Shown one piece after another: positions 11,411 to 25,585 of a stretch of 64,000 nt of DNA. The notes beneath the pieces are model-generated. The model saw only the letters and a list, made by a program, of their open reading frames with translations. It had not been told where the DNA came from and ran no database searches. Each line of letters begins with the position of its first letter. The stretch's first letter is position 1. The translations under genes were made by a program, and so were the position numbers. The DNA lies in contig NW_024704742.1 of assembly GCF_018977255.1 (NCBI RefSeq), positions 9,550,001-9,614,000 on the forward strand, written 5' to 3'. This DNA is from Callorhinchus milii (Eukaryota).

Positions 11411-13161
11411 ATAGGCTGAGTGCCTCTACCTGTGCTGTAACAATGGCTGATTCACCATATCCTGAGCGGAGTTATCATGTGAAATTGTGATTGGATATTG
11501 ACCACTTGAAGTTACTTAACTGAACAGTAAAGCGTCAATGTGGAGACCGGCAACATTCTCCCAAACCCCCACCATCGTCAGAGCAATGGAAGTCACAGAG
11601 AGATTTCTTGCTATTCCATATTTCCTGGAAACCAATTGAAGAGCAGTTTTGGCAGATATCAGTGAGAATGGGTTTTCTACCGGGTGCTCCCTACAGGAGA
11701 CGTCGGGACTATTAGAAGGAAGCGAGATACCGACTGTCGTAATATTTCTTGAAATAGATGTTCACAATAGCGCTGAAACAGAATATATTAATGTAAATCA
11801 ATGTGGGGATCAGGCACGCTGCGACTCATGTCCTGAATGGAATAAAATTCACAACATTGCTCGTCCACCAATATTCATATTGTGTATTACATCTCTCAGT
11901 TTAATAATTACATTGCGCGTTATGTTGTCTGATTGTCTGTCCAGCGCCTTGGGACTCCTCCCGGCGTGAAAGGCCTATACAAATGTAATTTTGTTGTTGA
12001 TGTTGCAAATTGCCTGTCACATTGCCTTATCTTAATGCAGTAATCTCCGGCACTACGCTGAATGAAGGGCGCTAAATAATGCAAGTTGTTTTTAATAATG
12101 GCGTTGCCTCAGTTTAATAATTATGTTGGGTTTTGCAACGCATCATTTTTAAAGGTTGTATTGAAGAGTATGTGAGCTTTGCTGCATGTGAAGCATCCTT
12201 AACTGCTGTAAATGCAAGGGCCGGAGAATCTGCATTGAACTGACACTGGTGGCTGGCAGTCACGTGCTTTATGAAGTGAATTTTACTGAGTCTGGATACA
12301 GGCCAGCTACTTAATGGATCGTGAGAGAGTGTGTTTCATTCAGCCTTTTAGCAAAGTCAATAAGTCAGACAGCACACAATTTACTTTGATTTGGAAAACT
12401 CTTCAAGCAGCACCAAGACAAGTGATTTCATACTGCTTCTTGCTTAGTGAATAGAGAATAAAAATGAAGATTCAATAGCTCAGCTGCATTGCATTAAACT
12501 GCATTTTTACTTCAATTAAGCTTATTGGACAGTTTGTACAGCGGAAGGCCCTGCACTGTGCAGCTAATATCTCCAAAGTGGTTGGCAATGCATCTTTTAA
12601 TCTGTTCTTTGTCCTTGACAATTGCTGTTGGCTACACAGAGGAGATCCAGATTGGCGAACATTATTAAACACTCTTTCTAATCCAGTCTTTGGAATAGCA
12701 TGCAAAATTAAGATGCCCAAAGCCTTCTCTTATTATTTTCAGTTATTTTCTGAATAAGGCAGTCATGTTAATGACGATTTTCCCATTCCATTCAAAATGA
12801 AATGAATTGGCAATCCGGCTTCTAAAACATGTCTCATTGTAATATATCCCCTGACCGTAAGACTTCCCTGTGATCGACTGTAAATGGTTTCCTGTAAACA
12901 ATGAATCGATTGAACTGGTGGCATCTCATTGTGCAATATTGCAGTCTGGAGCCCTTGTCACCTGAAGGCTGGTGGGTACTGGGATCACAGTCACTAGGTT
13001 TAGTCGCATAGCCAATACTTTAACTCAATGCCTCAATTAGATTTATGCAAGGTCTCTGTTTTATTCTGGAGAAGGTTATTTCCGACGTGAAGGTCACTAT
13101 AGCCAGTTGTTGTAGCCAGCGTGACTGACCATCCACATTTTGCAGGTCATACAAGCTCCTG

Positions 13162-13285
13162 ATAATAATAATAATAATAATAATCCTTACATTTAATATA
13201 GCGCTTTTCACGTCGGGAGGACGTCCCAAAGCAATATAGAATATATATATATATCAATATATATATAATATATATATATATATGT
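13162..13285 (-). mobile_element. Short-subfamily SINE tail followed by an (AT)n microsatellite
   Basis: (ATA)n tccttacatttaatatagcgcttttcacgtcgggaggacgtcccaaagc, then (AT)n. Confidence 0.7.
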
Positions 13286-13617
13286 ATCAATAAAGATGGA
13301 ATGGCAACTATCTGGTTTTCCAGACCGAAGAAGATTTAAAAAAAAGTTTATCTATGGATTCTGGAGAACAGCTAGAACTGTCTATGTTTGTGATTGGTTT
13401 CAGGCCACGCACTTTCAACAAGCCCACCAAAGACTGTATTGCTCTCAGCCGCAGGAATGGCAGAGCTGCCAAATCTCATGCTGGGAGGTACATCTCGGGC
13501 ATCTTGTTCTGGCATCACAGTGATCAATGTAACTCTGTAGTAACTCTATGTAACCACGTTACTGTGAATCTGAAGACATTAATTTATTTCAATATGTTGG
13601 TCAGTTCACATAGCAGA

Positions 13618-13735
13618 GCACAACTGTTTGTGGGACGCTGCTGTGTGCAATTGGCTGCGTGTTTCGCCCACAAAATATACAGTCAATTCACTTTACAGTG
13701 TATTCTGTGAAGCGCTTTGAGATCTCTGGAAGACT
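13618..13735 (+). mobile_element. SINE core/tail fragment
   Basis: actgtttgtgggacgctgctgtgtgcaattggctgc...gaagcgctttgaga. Confidence 0.8.
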
Positions 13736-13971
13736 TCACAGGCCAGTCGTGGGTTAAGTCTAAGGAGGAGTGTCTGCCTCATTGCACCGCAGCCTGTCTA
13801 AATCCCGATACTTTGTCTGGATGAGATGGGATGGATGCAAGTTCCTTGGTAATGCAGTTTAAGACCTTTCCAATTGTTACTTACCCATTATACTTTACTT
13901 AAACACTAAATTCTACTGGACCCCGCTCACTGAGACACTGAACTCCATTCACTGAGACACTAGACCCCAAT

Positions 13972-14082
13972 TATAATAATAATAATCCTTACGTTTGATA
14001 TAGCGTCTTATCACATCTTTGAGACGTCTCAAAGAGATTCACAGAATATATTGTAAAGTGAATTGAGTGTACATTTTGTGGA
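13972..14082 (-). mobile_element. SINE tail fragment
   Basis: ataataatccttacgtttgatatagcg...ttttgtgg. Confidence 0.8.
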
Positions 14083-15212
14083 CAATGGACCTCCAGTCAG
14101 TGGGACTCTAATCCCAGTCACTCTGTCACTGAGTCAAAGACTAGGGTTTGCCACAACATATGCTACACATGAAGAGTAAAGTATGTTCTCCAGATCCAAT
14201 GCCAGACATTGACCTGAATCACTCTGTACTCCTTCACTGTCACGTGCGATAAAACAGCCATGACCACAGGACTACTCAAGGCTCACTGCAACCAAGAGAC
14301 AAGAGGCTGTACTAATAAAAAATAGATTTCAGCAGCCCCAACCCACAGCTTATCTGTTTCTGCTCAAGTGATGCTGCCTGTTCCATTAATACTGGAAGGT
14401 TGATGCTTACTGAGTGAAGATGAACAGTGGAGGGTCAGGTTTAACTCCAGGATTGCGCATTTCCCCTTGTCTGAGACACTCGGATCCCCTGGGTCATTGC
14501 GTTCTCCGAAAGCTGTGTCAGGTATGAGTCACAAGCTACACCAGTTTGAGATAGATTGTTCCATCAGATCTGATTTTCCACTTACTGCAAAGCATTATGC
14601 AGTATTATGTGGGTTGATGGTTCCTACAGTAAGCTTACACCAAGCACTCATAATTACATTCCACAGTCATTGGTCACTGTCCAAAAACAAGTCAGACCTG
14701 CGTGTGGCTGGAGAGAAGGCATTGGGTGATGGGAGGGCTGTGTTGCTTCAGCAGTGTGTGGGAGTCTGCAGGCAAGCAGGCTGAGAGCAAAACAGATCTA
14801 AGAGCCATGTGGATTAATTGTACTCTTTTGAGCTTTGCTCCCTGTCCCCAGCGAGATTCCTAAGACCCAGTGATGGTCGTGCCCACAAAAGTCACTTGCG
14901 GTGTATCCGGGGGACCTGTTAATCTCTGGCTACTGGTACCCATCAGCTTCAAATCACAAAGAAAAATCAAGAAATGGGAGACAGAGTAAGGGGAACACTT
15001 ATAATATACAGTCAATTCACTTTACAGTATACTCTGTGAAGCGCTTTAAGATGCCTCAAAGATGTGATAAGGCGGTATATGAAATTAAAGGATTATTATT
15101 ATAATGGAATGATAACTTTTTTGGGGGGCAGGGGATCAGCCGGGTGTCTGACACATTCAGAAATCCATCCCCGTGCTTAAGTTTATCCAAACCAGTATGA
15201 GGATTCCATGTG

Positions 15213-15352
15213 TAAATAATAAATATTATTAAATAATAATATTTATTAAATTATTCATTTAATTATTTAAATTATTATTAAATTCTTTATTATTATTGAA
15301 TTATTAAATGTGTACATAATTATTAAATTAATTTAATTAATTAATTTAAAAT
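15213..15352. repeat. AT-rich low-complexity tract
   Basis: About 140 nt made almost only of A/T (attattaaat-like units). Confidence 0.8.
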
Positions 15353-15519
15353 TGACATTTACACATGGTAATTCCAGTAGAGCCGATTGTTTACTCCAAT
15401 TGGGATTGGGCCCATTGTGGATAAGTAAACAGTGTGGATAATAGGTTTATCACACAATACACAAATTGTGAATACTGCTAACCAAAAATGTCTTGCAGCA
15501 AGATTAATTTACACGCTTG

Positions 15520-15722
15520 ATAATAATCCCTCAAGAAAAAAATAATAAATTGGTCATTTCAATCCACGACTGTTTGTGGGACATTGCTGTGCACAATTGG
15601 CTGCCACATTTTGCCCACAAATATAGTCTATTCACTTTACAGTATATTCTGTGAAGCGCTTTGAGATGGCTAGAAGACGTGAAAAGCTCTGTATCAAATG
15701 CAAGGATTATTATTATTATTAT
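15520..15722 (+). mobile_element. 5'-truncated SINE
   Basis: Core and tail match the 948 and 20602 copies. Confidence 0.85.
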
Positions 15723-17837
15723 TTATACAAGTCATGATAGTACCACCACACTGTGCTAGCTTTTCTCTTTCTGCTACTCTTCTGTTCCATCTCTCTCTCT
15801 CTCTGATAATCTCTCACTCTCTATCCCTCTATCCCCATGACTTTCTTTATCTCTGTACTATCACTAACTCTCTCTGACTCTTAACACTATCGTCATAACA
15901 ATTGCCTACCAGCAAAACAATCCAGTTGTTGCCCTTATTAGGAACATGATTTACTCTTCCATCATTTAGGTCAATTTGCCTTAAAGGTTAAGCTTGCACA
16001 AAATTGTGGAAAGCTCTTAAATGTAGTCATAATTTGGAAGATGGCATTCCACAATCCTGAAGAAGAACAGGCTTTCAGATTGATGCTTGTTTCAAGAAGT
16101 TTCCACAGTTCTGTGCAATCTTAACTTTCAAGACCGACTTAGACGAGGTGGAATTTCGGAGATAGTTGGTTCAGCAAGAGAAAGGACTTTTAGATGTATG
16201 GATCAAACTGCACTTGGTTCTTACCCAACAACAACAACAACCCACATTTATATAGTGCCCTTCACGCTGGACAGTGACTCGGAGCGCATATCAGCCCTAT
16301 TTCCACGAGGATCAACAATCGTTAAACGATATGGAAAGGGTTAGAAACCCTGGGTCATGTTCAGCAGGTTCCCAATGTCAGGTGTATCAAGCAGTGGACT
16401 ATTTACTTGATGGAATGTTGGCTGTTCACACTGTAAAAGAATACTTCTATTGGAGGATGATGTGGCTCTTGAAATGTTTGGAATTGTTTTCCTTCCCCTC
16501 CTGACACAAGCGTGCAGTGTTTTTTCTGTAATAGGCAAATGATGCATGTAAATTATTTGATTTGATTCCTGCAGCACTGCCACAAGCTATCTAAGGTTAG
16601 TCAGTGTCTGTGTGTGCAGAGATAACCAACGACGTACATTATAATTTAAATTGGTGTACCACATACTGTGCAGGAAAGATCAGAAGCAGGCCTGCCCAAC
16701 AGGCTCAAACCGCCGTCTTTCATCGTTTTCTGCTCCCTCCTCCAAAGGTCTATACACTAATAATCTTACACAAACCCTCTGTGCAAGGCTTGTGTGTGGC
16801 AGTTTCTACCAGACCTGATATAAGACAAGTCCAGGGCACCCCCCGGTTAGAACATGTTTTGTTACAGTTTAAATGGTCAAAAAAAGAGGTTATTCATAAT
16901 AATATGATAATAATCCTTGTATTTGATATAGCACCTTATCATGTCTTTCGAGACATCTCAAAGCGCTTCACAGGATATACTGTAAAGTGAATTGATTGTA
17001 CAATTTATGAACAAAATTGAGATGAGTTTTGAAAGCCGTGAGGAAGAGGTGATTTGGGAAGAGATTTCCAGACAGCGAGGACAAAGTGCTTGAACTCTTG
17101 TCCACTGTTGGTGGCCCAGATTCAATGGGGGAGATGGTAACACCACTGATAATTTGGTCCGAGTGCTCTCCTTCTGTGCTTTGAGTGTTCGATGACATTA
17201 ATGTCCTCCACACAGTGGGAGAAGCAATTTTGTGTAGTTTAATTTAGCCCGCTTTACAATATATCCTGTGAAGCGCTTTGAGACTTCTCGACGATGTGAT
17301 AAGGCGCTATATCAAATGCAAGGATTATTATTATTATTACTGTTACATTCATACCCGATTGGTATAACGCAACCTGTCTCAGTGAACCATAAGCGTGAAC
17401 GCATCAACTGGACTCCAATTGATTTCCTCTTTCAAATAACTACAAATGGAACAAAATTTGCTCCTCACGTCTGCACATTTCCATTCCTTTTTCTTAACAA
17501 GCGGAAACCTAAGAGCTTAGCTGTCAATATAATCTCACTATTTGAGGCCGGAGGCTGCATCCATACAGGTCTGAATGGGACCTAATGGGCTGACCAACAC
17601 CTGCAGGTCATGGGTCACTGATTCTGTCCTCCCCATAAATGCAGGGCCTGGGTGACAGATTATGTCCTGTCATAGAATGATGGATCGGGCCTACCTTCTG
17701 CCCTCATTAGCCTCTGGCTTTTCCAGACAACACAAACAAATGTTTACTAACAATGCAGGAGGAGGAAGTGGTAGAAATGAGCAAAAAAAAGAGACATGAG
17801 TTAAGAGTGCTTCCATGAATGGAACTGGGTGCTTATT

Positions 17838-18020
17838 ATAATAATAATAATTTGGTCACTCAATCCCTGACTGTTTGTGGGACACTGCTGTGCGCAACTG
17901 GCTGCTGATTTTCGCCCATAAAATACAGTCAATTCACTTTACAGGATATTCTGTGAACCGCTTTGAGGCATCTCGAAGACATGATAAGGTGCTATATCAA
18001 ATTCAAGGATTATTATTTAT
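17838..18020 (+). mobile_element. 5'-truncated SINE
   Basis: ttggtcactcaatcc...caaggattattat. Confidence 0.85.
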
Positions 18021-18857
18021 AAATCTTATACCAGCAGATGTAAATGTTTGAGGAGGCGGAAGTTAGAATAATAATCCTTACATTTTCATATGATGCCTTT
18101 CACATCAGGAGTTGTGTCTTAAAGCATAAGATATACTGCTTAAGTGAGGTTGTGCATTTTATAGGTGAATGCAGCAGCCAATTTGTGCACAGCCAATGTT
18201 CCACAAATAGCCATGAAGTTCTTTAGAAAGAAGTATCTTGTTGGTTCGACCCTATTTATCAATCAACTATGACAACGTTGGCTTAATTTGTGTCACATAA
18301 TGGTGAAGAGGTGGGGGCTGTTCTCTGCTGGCCTGTCCACTTACCCAACGTTGGTTCCTAATGGAAAGTGCTGTTAGTGGTATGTGCAGCAGAGCTTGGC
18401 AATTTATTGATGACAGTATAGTTACTATGCATTTACTCACACACATGCTCACATACATGCACACATACCTCAGTGTAGATATACTTAGAGAACAGGACAG
18501 TGAGGTATTTCAGCTTTTTGGGGTCAGTTTTCAATTTACCCCCAAAGTGTTTCATTAGTCTCATTCATTCTCCCTCAATCCACTGCCAAAGCCAGTCTAA
18601 TGAAGCTTTCTGGGTTATAAGTTGACTGTGAAGGAATGCGATCCTGGCGGGGAACTAGGCAGGACGATACAGACACTACCACGTTTCCTTGACAGAAGAC
18701 AAAGTGAACAGGATTGTAAATAAATCAAAAAATAAATCAATTGAGGTTCAATAGTTAAAAAGCTGGAGTATCATGTGAGCACTTGTCTTGTTGTCAGCGA
18801 AAGGGAATTTAGTGCTCCTCTGTTCTGAGTGCTAAATGCATCCAAAATAATATTATT

Positions 18858-19080
18858 AATAATAATAATCGTTGCATTTGATATGGCGCCATATCACGTC
18901 ATTGAGACATCTCAAAGCGCTTCACAGAATATACTGTGAATTGACTGTATTATTTTGTGGGATATTTTGTAGCAGCCAATTGCGCACAGCAATGTCCCAC
19001 AAACAGTTGTGGATTGAGTGAGCAATTTATTATTATTTTTTATTATTATTTTTTGAAGGGATTATTACCCCCAGAAAAGT
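18858..19080 (-). mobile_element. 5'-truncated SINE, long subfamily
   Basis: Reverse complement of the core and tail. Confidence 0.85.
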
Positions 19081-19849
19081 ATACCTATTAATAATAATGA
19101 TAATCATTTTTGCGTTTGACATAAAACAAATAGTTCTTGGACCTTAAAATTTAAGTAAAAAGCAGCTGGCCAGCATGCAGTGTTAACTAAAGAGAATACT
19201 TAGTGACACGGTGTAATTGGGGAAAAAAGTCCTCGGATATCTGTTGCTTCTGTGATAGTTACCGTGGGGATTTTTTTCATGGGCTGTAAACCTCTCAACT
19301 TCATGTCTAAGAAAACGCTGGTCTATAACGGTCAATTATTACATACCCCCTGTACGGTTGTGTGGCTGGGGGATCGGCACATTAGCGTGCCTTGTGTGAC
19401 AATGATTGCTGAATGTGATTTCTTGTGAGTGGAAGTAAAGGGACCACGGTGACCCCGATGGAGAGAATGCAAGCGGCAAGTGCTTACAGCAGCACCTTTG
19501 AGTTACGCTCCAGCGGACTTTTTTTTGAAGAAAGATGCAGTTCTTTCCAGTGGCATAAAGCTGTCTCCTACACAACGGCAGGATAGATAGAACTCATGAT
19601 TTGCTTTTTTTTAAGTTTCTCGTTCAAAAAAGCTTGCTGTCCGTCAGTCATCGGTGAACTTCAAAGCTTACAGTCTGTTTTTGCCCAGGATTCCTGGCTT
19701 GCCAGCCACAAATTGCCGATTACTGAGGGTTCATTTAACCCTTTGCTCCCCCCCTCCCCCACCACGCCATGAAGCAAACCGTGCAAATGTCTGTTTTGAG
19801 AAACCGATAGCAAATGCACTCACTGATGAAGCCCCCATCCTCTGCATGT

Positions 19850-19980
19850 ACGTGCACACACCTGCACAAACCTGCACACATACACTCACACATACACACA
19901 CACGCATGCATGTACATAGATACATGCAGACACACACATACACAGAGGCACCACACATACACAAGGCACCACACACAACT
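19850..19980. repeat. Degenerate (CA)n-rich tract
   Basis: cacacatacactcacacatacacacacacgcatgc... Confidence 0.8.
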
Positions 19981-20601
19981 TGCCGTCAATCCCACTACAG
20001 CCCTTAGTTGAGCGAGACCCAAGATCACCACATTGTTCACTTTGAATGAGGCAGACCTTACAGTTAATTAGACACGCTGACAGTGTTTCATTACAATATT
20101 GTCACAGCTTTCTGGGAGAACAGCTCCATAATGATACGCAGCTTACAAAAAATGCAGCTCTAAGGCTTATGAGACATCACAAGGTCATATCCCAAATGAA
20201 GAACAAGCTAAGCCCTATCCAGTACTTATTCAAGGACAGAAACATTCCTGGGAACATTTCTTTGGCTATTTTTTGCTATTATTCTAAAATTGGTTCAAAA
20301 TTTGCTGCTTTGCTTTTTAAAAACAAAGGAGGATTTTTTGTTTCCTTTACCACAGTTTCATTTGGTTCATTCATTTATCCTCCTCCCCCTCATATTCTTG
20401 CAACCACCTTGATGCATTATGCACCAAAGCTCATCTTCCCTTCTTCAGCATTGAGATCAAGTACCATCCCAGGCTGCCACTTTGCGATGTGCTTTAGTAT
20501 ATTTCTTACTCCACCCCATTTCCTCTTCCTCTCTCCACCCCCAGATAGGAGTTCATCGATGTGAACGGTAAATTGGGTTGGGTGTAATACTGAGAACCAT
20601 T

Positions 20602-20968
20602 TCCTGTAGCTCAGTGGTTAGAGCACTCGCCTCACAAGTGAGAGACCTGGGTTTGATTCCTTGGGTTTGAGTAAGTTTCCTTACTCCACACGCCTCTGTT
20701 TGCCCAGCAGTAAGTAGGAACCCGGTTGTTAGTCGGTTGGCGGATTGCTTTTCCGGGGGTAATAATTCTTTCAAAATTTTTTGAATAATAATAAATTGGT
20801 CACTCAATCCATAACTGTTTGTGGGTCACTGCTGTGCACAATTGGCTGCCGTGTTTCACCCACAAAATATACAGTCAATTCACTTTGCAGTATATTCTGT
20901 GAAGCGCTTTGAGACATCTCAAAGACGTGATAAGGCGCTATATCAAATGCAAGGATTATTATTATTAT
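20602..20968 (+). mobile_element. Near full-length SINE, long subfamily
   Basis: tcctgtagctcagtggttagagc head; internal cagcagtaagtaggaacccggttgttagtc segment; (ATT)n tail. Confidence 0.9.
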
Positions 20969-21609
20969 ATTTGCTGCTTTCCTCCCTCTCCCTGCTCTCT
21001 TGCTCGTTGTCCAAGGCTATAATTTTGAAGCACTCTGAGACTTTATCCTACACGAAGGGTACTACATAAATACAAGTTGTTCTTGTTAAATGGACAGCTC
21101 AGAATGCTCATTTTAACGGTGTTAGTGGTTGCTGCTTACCCATGACCTGAGAGGCTGAGAGTTGGTGCTTTACCATCATTCCTGTCTTATCATTCATTAA
21201 ATGTTCCAGGGCTTTAAATTTTATGTCACTTTATATCTTATGGTTCTATCTTTCTATTTCAGATGGATTTATATTTTTGTATGGATGTGTTTATCAAATC
21301 TGGGCTGAGGGTTCAGCCCAGATTTGATAAACACTCTTTTCCATTTATGTTGGTTATTTCTAGGTCAGGGTTAGCTCATCATTATGCACAGTAAAACTGC
21401 CAGCAATGTGTTGTAACACCTACTCTGAACATAGGCCCAACAGGCCAGGGGTTTACAGAAGTGACAATGATTTAACCATTTGACTTTCCTATGTTCCTAA
21501 GAGAAATATTGGTAACTAACCACACAGTACTTATCCAGCAAAGACATATCCAAGCTTGGACGTGCAGAGCTGAGGTCCTGTCCATAGCTCCAAGTCTATC
21601 AGATTATTG

Positions 21610-21950
21610 TCTCCCATATCAACCTGTCCGCTCCCTTCGCTCAGCAGGCTCCAGGCTGCTCTAAGTCCCCCGCACGGCCTGCCCCATTGTCGGCGGTTGG
21701 GCCTTCAGCTTCTCTGCCCCCACCCTTTGGAACTCCAACCCACATTCCCTTCACCTCGCTCCCTCACCTTGTTCAAGGCATGTCTCAAGACCCTCCTCTT
21801 TGACCATGCCTTCGACCACCCTTCTCGCCCTACTCTCCCCTACCTCTCCTGATCTGAACCCCCTGCCGGCGTCCAAATCCTTTACTGTCCAGCGGCTTGG
21901 GATGTCCTCCCGATATGAAAGATGCTGTGTAAATGTAATTTTGTATTGTA
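21610..21950 (+). mobile_element. L2 LINE 3' fragment
   Basis: Peptide remnant LFKACLKTLLF; tail ttgggatgtcctcccgatatgaaag...aatgtaattttg. Confidence 0.8.
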
Positions 21951-22284
21951 TTATTGTGAGCCTATCCTAGCTTTGCAAGGTTTGTCTTTAATCCACTGCA
22001 CACCCAAGCAGATTCCACTGGCTTCCCATCTCTCCTTTTCCCTGCACACCAATCTCCTCCCCCATTGTGTACTGTGGGGTTTAACCCCCAGTAATGGCTA
22101 AACTCATTTCAGTGCAAGTCCAAGTGCAATGAAGGGAAGCTTTTAATGGCCATGAGCCACAGCCTGGTGGTACAATAGCACATTTATCCAATTAAAACCC
22201 AGAGCTTTGCTTTTTTATGTTCTGCAACAAAACACTAGCCAAGTCTTTTGTTGGAGAATTCTTTTGGTGTCCTTTGAAAAAAAT

Positions 22285-22530
22285 AGCAGTAAGTAGGAAC
22301 CCGGTTGTTATTCGATTGGCAGATCACTTTTCCAGGGGTAATAAATCCTTTAAAAAATTGGTCACTCCTACCACGACTGTTTGTGGACACTACTGTGCGC
22401 AATTGGCTGCTGCATTTCGCCCACAAAATATACAGTCAATTCACTTTACAGTATATTCTGTGAAGTGCTTTGAGACGTCTCAAAGACATGTTAAGTCGCT
22501 ATATTAAATGCAAGGATTATTATTATTATT
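22285..22530 (+). mobile_element. 5'-truncated SINE, long subfamily
   Basis: Begins at agcagtaagtaggaacccgg and ends in (ATT)n. Confidence 0.85.
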
Positions 22531-23869
22531 GTTGCAATGCCACCGTTTGTCAATGTCCATTTTATTTATTTGCGTGTTACACTATATGTTGTCTAGTAGT
22601 GCTGAAGAAAGAGCTTCTTTGTATATATTCGGAAAGCTGTTCCACTCAAGCCGTTCGCTGAGAAGGTTTGAGTGCCTACCCCTTGTCATGTTTGTTTGTT
22701 TGCACCCCACATTTCAGTGGCCCAGGGCTCTTGCTGAAAGTCCGTCAGCCTGGAGATTCTTCCATATGTCGAGGCTACAGGGCAGGAAGAATCTAAAGGG
22801 CAAAACAAATCCACAGCAGCTAAAGCCTCATCTGATTCTTCAAGGAATGTGTTGCCAAAGGCAACAAGAACTCGCTGGAGGACCAGCACACGCAAGCAAG
22901 CCACTCTGCTAGAATTTAATCTGTTTGAAAGCACCATCCTTGTCACAGGTGGCCCGGATCAGGTCAAAGCAGGTCAATGGGCACATGGCAGATCCGACAC
23001 AAAGAAGGTTCCCAGAAATGAGCCACTTTCCGATTCCTTGGAGAGCTTTATTTCCTGAGCTCACAGCAGTCGCAATGCGTTTTCTGAATGCATGTTTCCC
23101 CTTGGCACGCACAGACTCCAATAAAAACCTTTGAACGTTTAACCCCGTTCAGGAATCAATGATGGAGATAGTGGGTCATGGCTGTTTGCTGCCTGTATCA
23201 GCCCTCATTACCTATATGAGTGAGATCTCGTTTGGTGCAGTGCCGAGAATGTTGATGCATGTTTTTTAAAAAAAGAATCCTGTTTACTTTCACGAGAGTA
23301 CAGATGGTACATGGCTGGAAGAAGGGGAAAAAGGAAGTAGGAATGTGAGCTTAACATCAATTATTGGCTCAGCCCTTTCAAGCTATCCTTTTTAAGTTCC
23401 CTTTGTTTCTTGAGACTTTTTCCAATTAACAAAGGTATGGGGTTACATTCCACCAGGTCTACATTTACTCTATTTACATAGCTTTTCAGAGCATCCAGAA
23501 TTTAGCAAATCACAACAACACAATATACATTTATGCAGCGCCTTTTGTGTGGGGAAGATGTCTCAAAACACTTAGCACTGCTGCCTGGGTTGGAGATGGA
23601 AGCCAAAGTGGGTGGGAATGGAAAGATGACCAAAAGCGCTATCAAAGAGCTACTTCCTGTTAAATTGTTAAATTCAGTTTTAATTTTGACTTTGAAGCCT
23701 AATTTCTACAGGTCTTCAAATAAACTTACAGGAAGAAAGAGCTGTAAAATTAAAGGTACTCTTTAAGAATTTGACAAATTGTGGATGTTCTGAAATGCTA
23801 CATGAACAGAGTAAATCTGGACTCTGGTGGAATTTCTATCCAGAGGTTGTTTGCTGCTACCTGCAAAAA

Positions 23870-24060
23870 ATTAATAATAATAATAAATTGGCCACTCAAT
23901 CCACGACTGTTTGTGGGACACTGCTGTGTGCAATTGGCTACTGCTTTTCACCCACAAAATATAGTGCCAATTCACTTTACAGTATATTCTGTGAAGCGCT
24001 TTGAGACGTCTCGAAGACGTGATAACACGCTATATCAAATGCAAGGATTATTATATTATT
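23870..24060 (+). mobile_element. 5'-truncated SINE
   Basis: Core and tail consensus match. Confidence 0.85.
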
Positions 24061-25448
24061 GTATTATACCTGCTGTGTTGGAACACAAGTTCCTTCATCG
24101 CCCTGTTACTTTGCAGAAGTAAACCACTTTTAACATATGTGATCTGATATCAGTCTGAATAACTGTGGCCTTGTCCCACATCCACAAATGTAATTCATTG
24201 CACTGCCTGTCACTGCTATATCTGGTCTATCATTACCAGAGAATTACTGAGTTTTAACTATGAGAGAATGGTTGAAGGATTTTGTTCTGTGTATGTATGT
24301 ATGTGTGCATTCAGTTGTACCATTTCTGTGTGTTTTCCAGTGACTGGTTATTATCCCAGATCATTACGATGCAGTGTGAATCACAAATCACACCGTGCCA
24401 TTTTAATTTTTTAACAGCCAACTCTGTAAAAATGATTCATATTGAACTGCCAGCCTTCAAACCACAATTGCATTTTATTCAGAAAAGTTTTCTTTCTTTT
24501 CAGTCTCAGAGTTTAATGAATACATATTAGAAACTAGAAAATGACCAATATTACATTTGATATAGCTGCAGCCTATAATGAAATGAAAAATATCAAGGAC
24601 CAATGACTGGCTATTTGTAGGCAAAAGCAGCAGACAATTTGTTCCGCAAACAACCATGAAATTAATTTATCTGGGGGATTATTGACCAGGATACCGTAAG
24701 AAACTTTTTTTTGAGTAATGGGATCTTTAACATCCACTTGAACAGGCAGACAAGACCTATAACATTTCATCCGAAACGCAGCACCTCAGACAATGTAGCA
24801 TTCTCCCATCATTGCAGTGGAGGAGGTGGGGCTGGGGCAACAGCCTTGTTTGTGAGCTTAAACCCCAATCAGTTGTTGGGCAAAAATTATCAGAATCAAT
24901 TGGTTGAAGAGGCTCAATGGTCTGAATGGTGCTACCAAGAGTCCTACCAACCTATCCAGGCTGACACCATAATTCACTTGTAAACCGAGAGTATGGTCAC
25001 TGATCCCACTGTTGCTCAGACTTAACATTCCCCAAGTATGTTCTGGTGTCCTCCTTGTGGTTACCATGCACAGAAGGATTAGTGGTACATTTCCCTCTGG
25101 ATTAGTGGTATAGTTTCATATATGCGCTAACTATAGGGAATTGTCAACCTTCAATTTGCAAAGCAGAGTTGGCTCTGCGAGTTGCCCCATCGAGGTCACA
25201 GCTGACACTTTACTCTTGGATTGGCCTGGAAAGTCCCACAAAAGGTCGGAGAGTAAAACCCAGGCTACCAGCTTTTCATGATTGTTTTACTTCACAAATC
25301 TGGTGGGGAATCGAGCAGTTTAGTTTATGAATTCTACACTTTCACCCCTTTACGTCTGCACCTGGCTATTACAGGCAGTTCAACAGCACAGCATCAGGTT
25401 TACAATAATAACAGTTTGGTTCAGCTTCAAAGCTTCTACCCTCTACCA

Positions 25449-25585
25449 CAGCAGTGTCCCACAAACAGTCGTGAATTGAGTGACCAATTTACTATTTTTT
25501 TTGAAGGAATTATTACCCATGGAAGAGTGATCCGCCAATTGACTAACAATCGGGTTTCTACTTACTGTTTGGTAAACAGAGGCGA
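25449..25585 (-). mobile_element. Internal SINE fragment, long subfamily
   Basis: cagcagtgtcccacaaacagtc...cgggtttctacttactg. Confidence 0.8.

Noticed and set aside
19654..20564. Several overlapping ORFs of 65-172 aa
   Set aside because: Arise from the CA-rich repeat or by chance; no recognisable domain.
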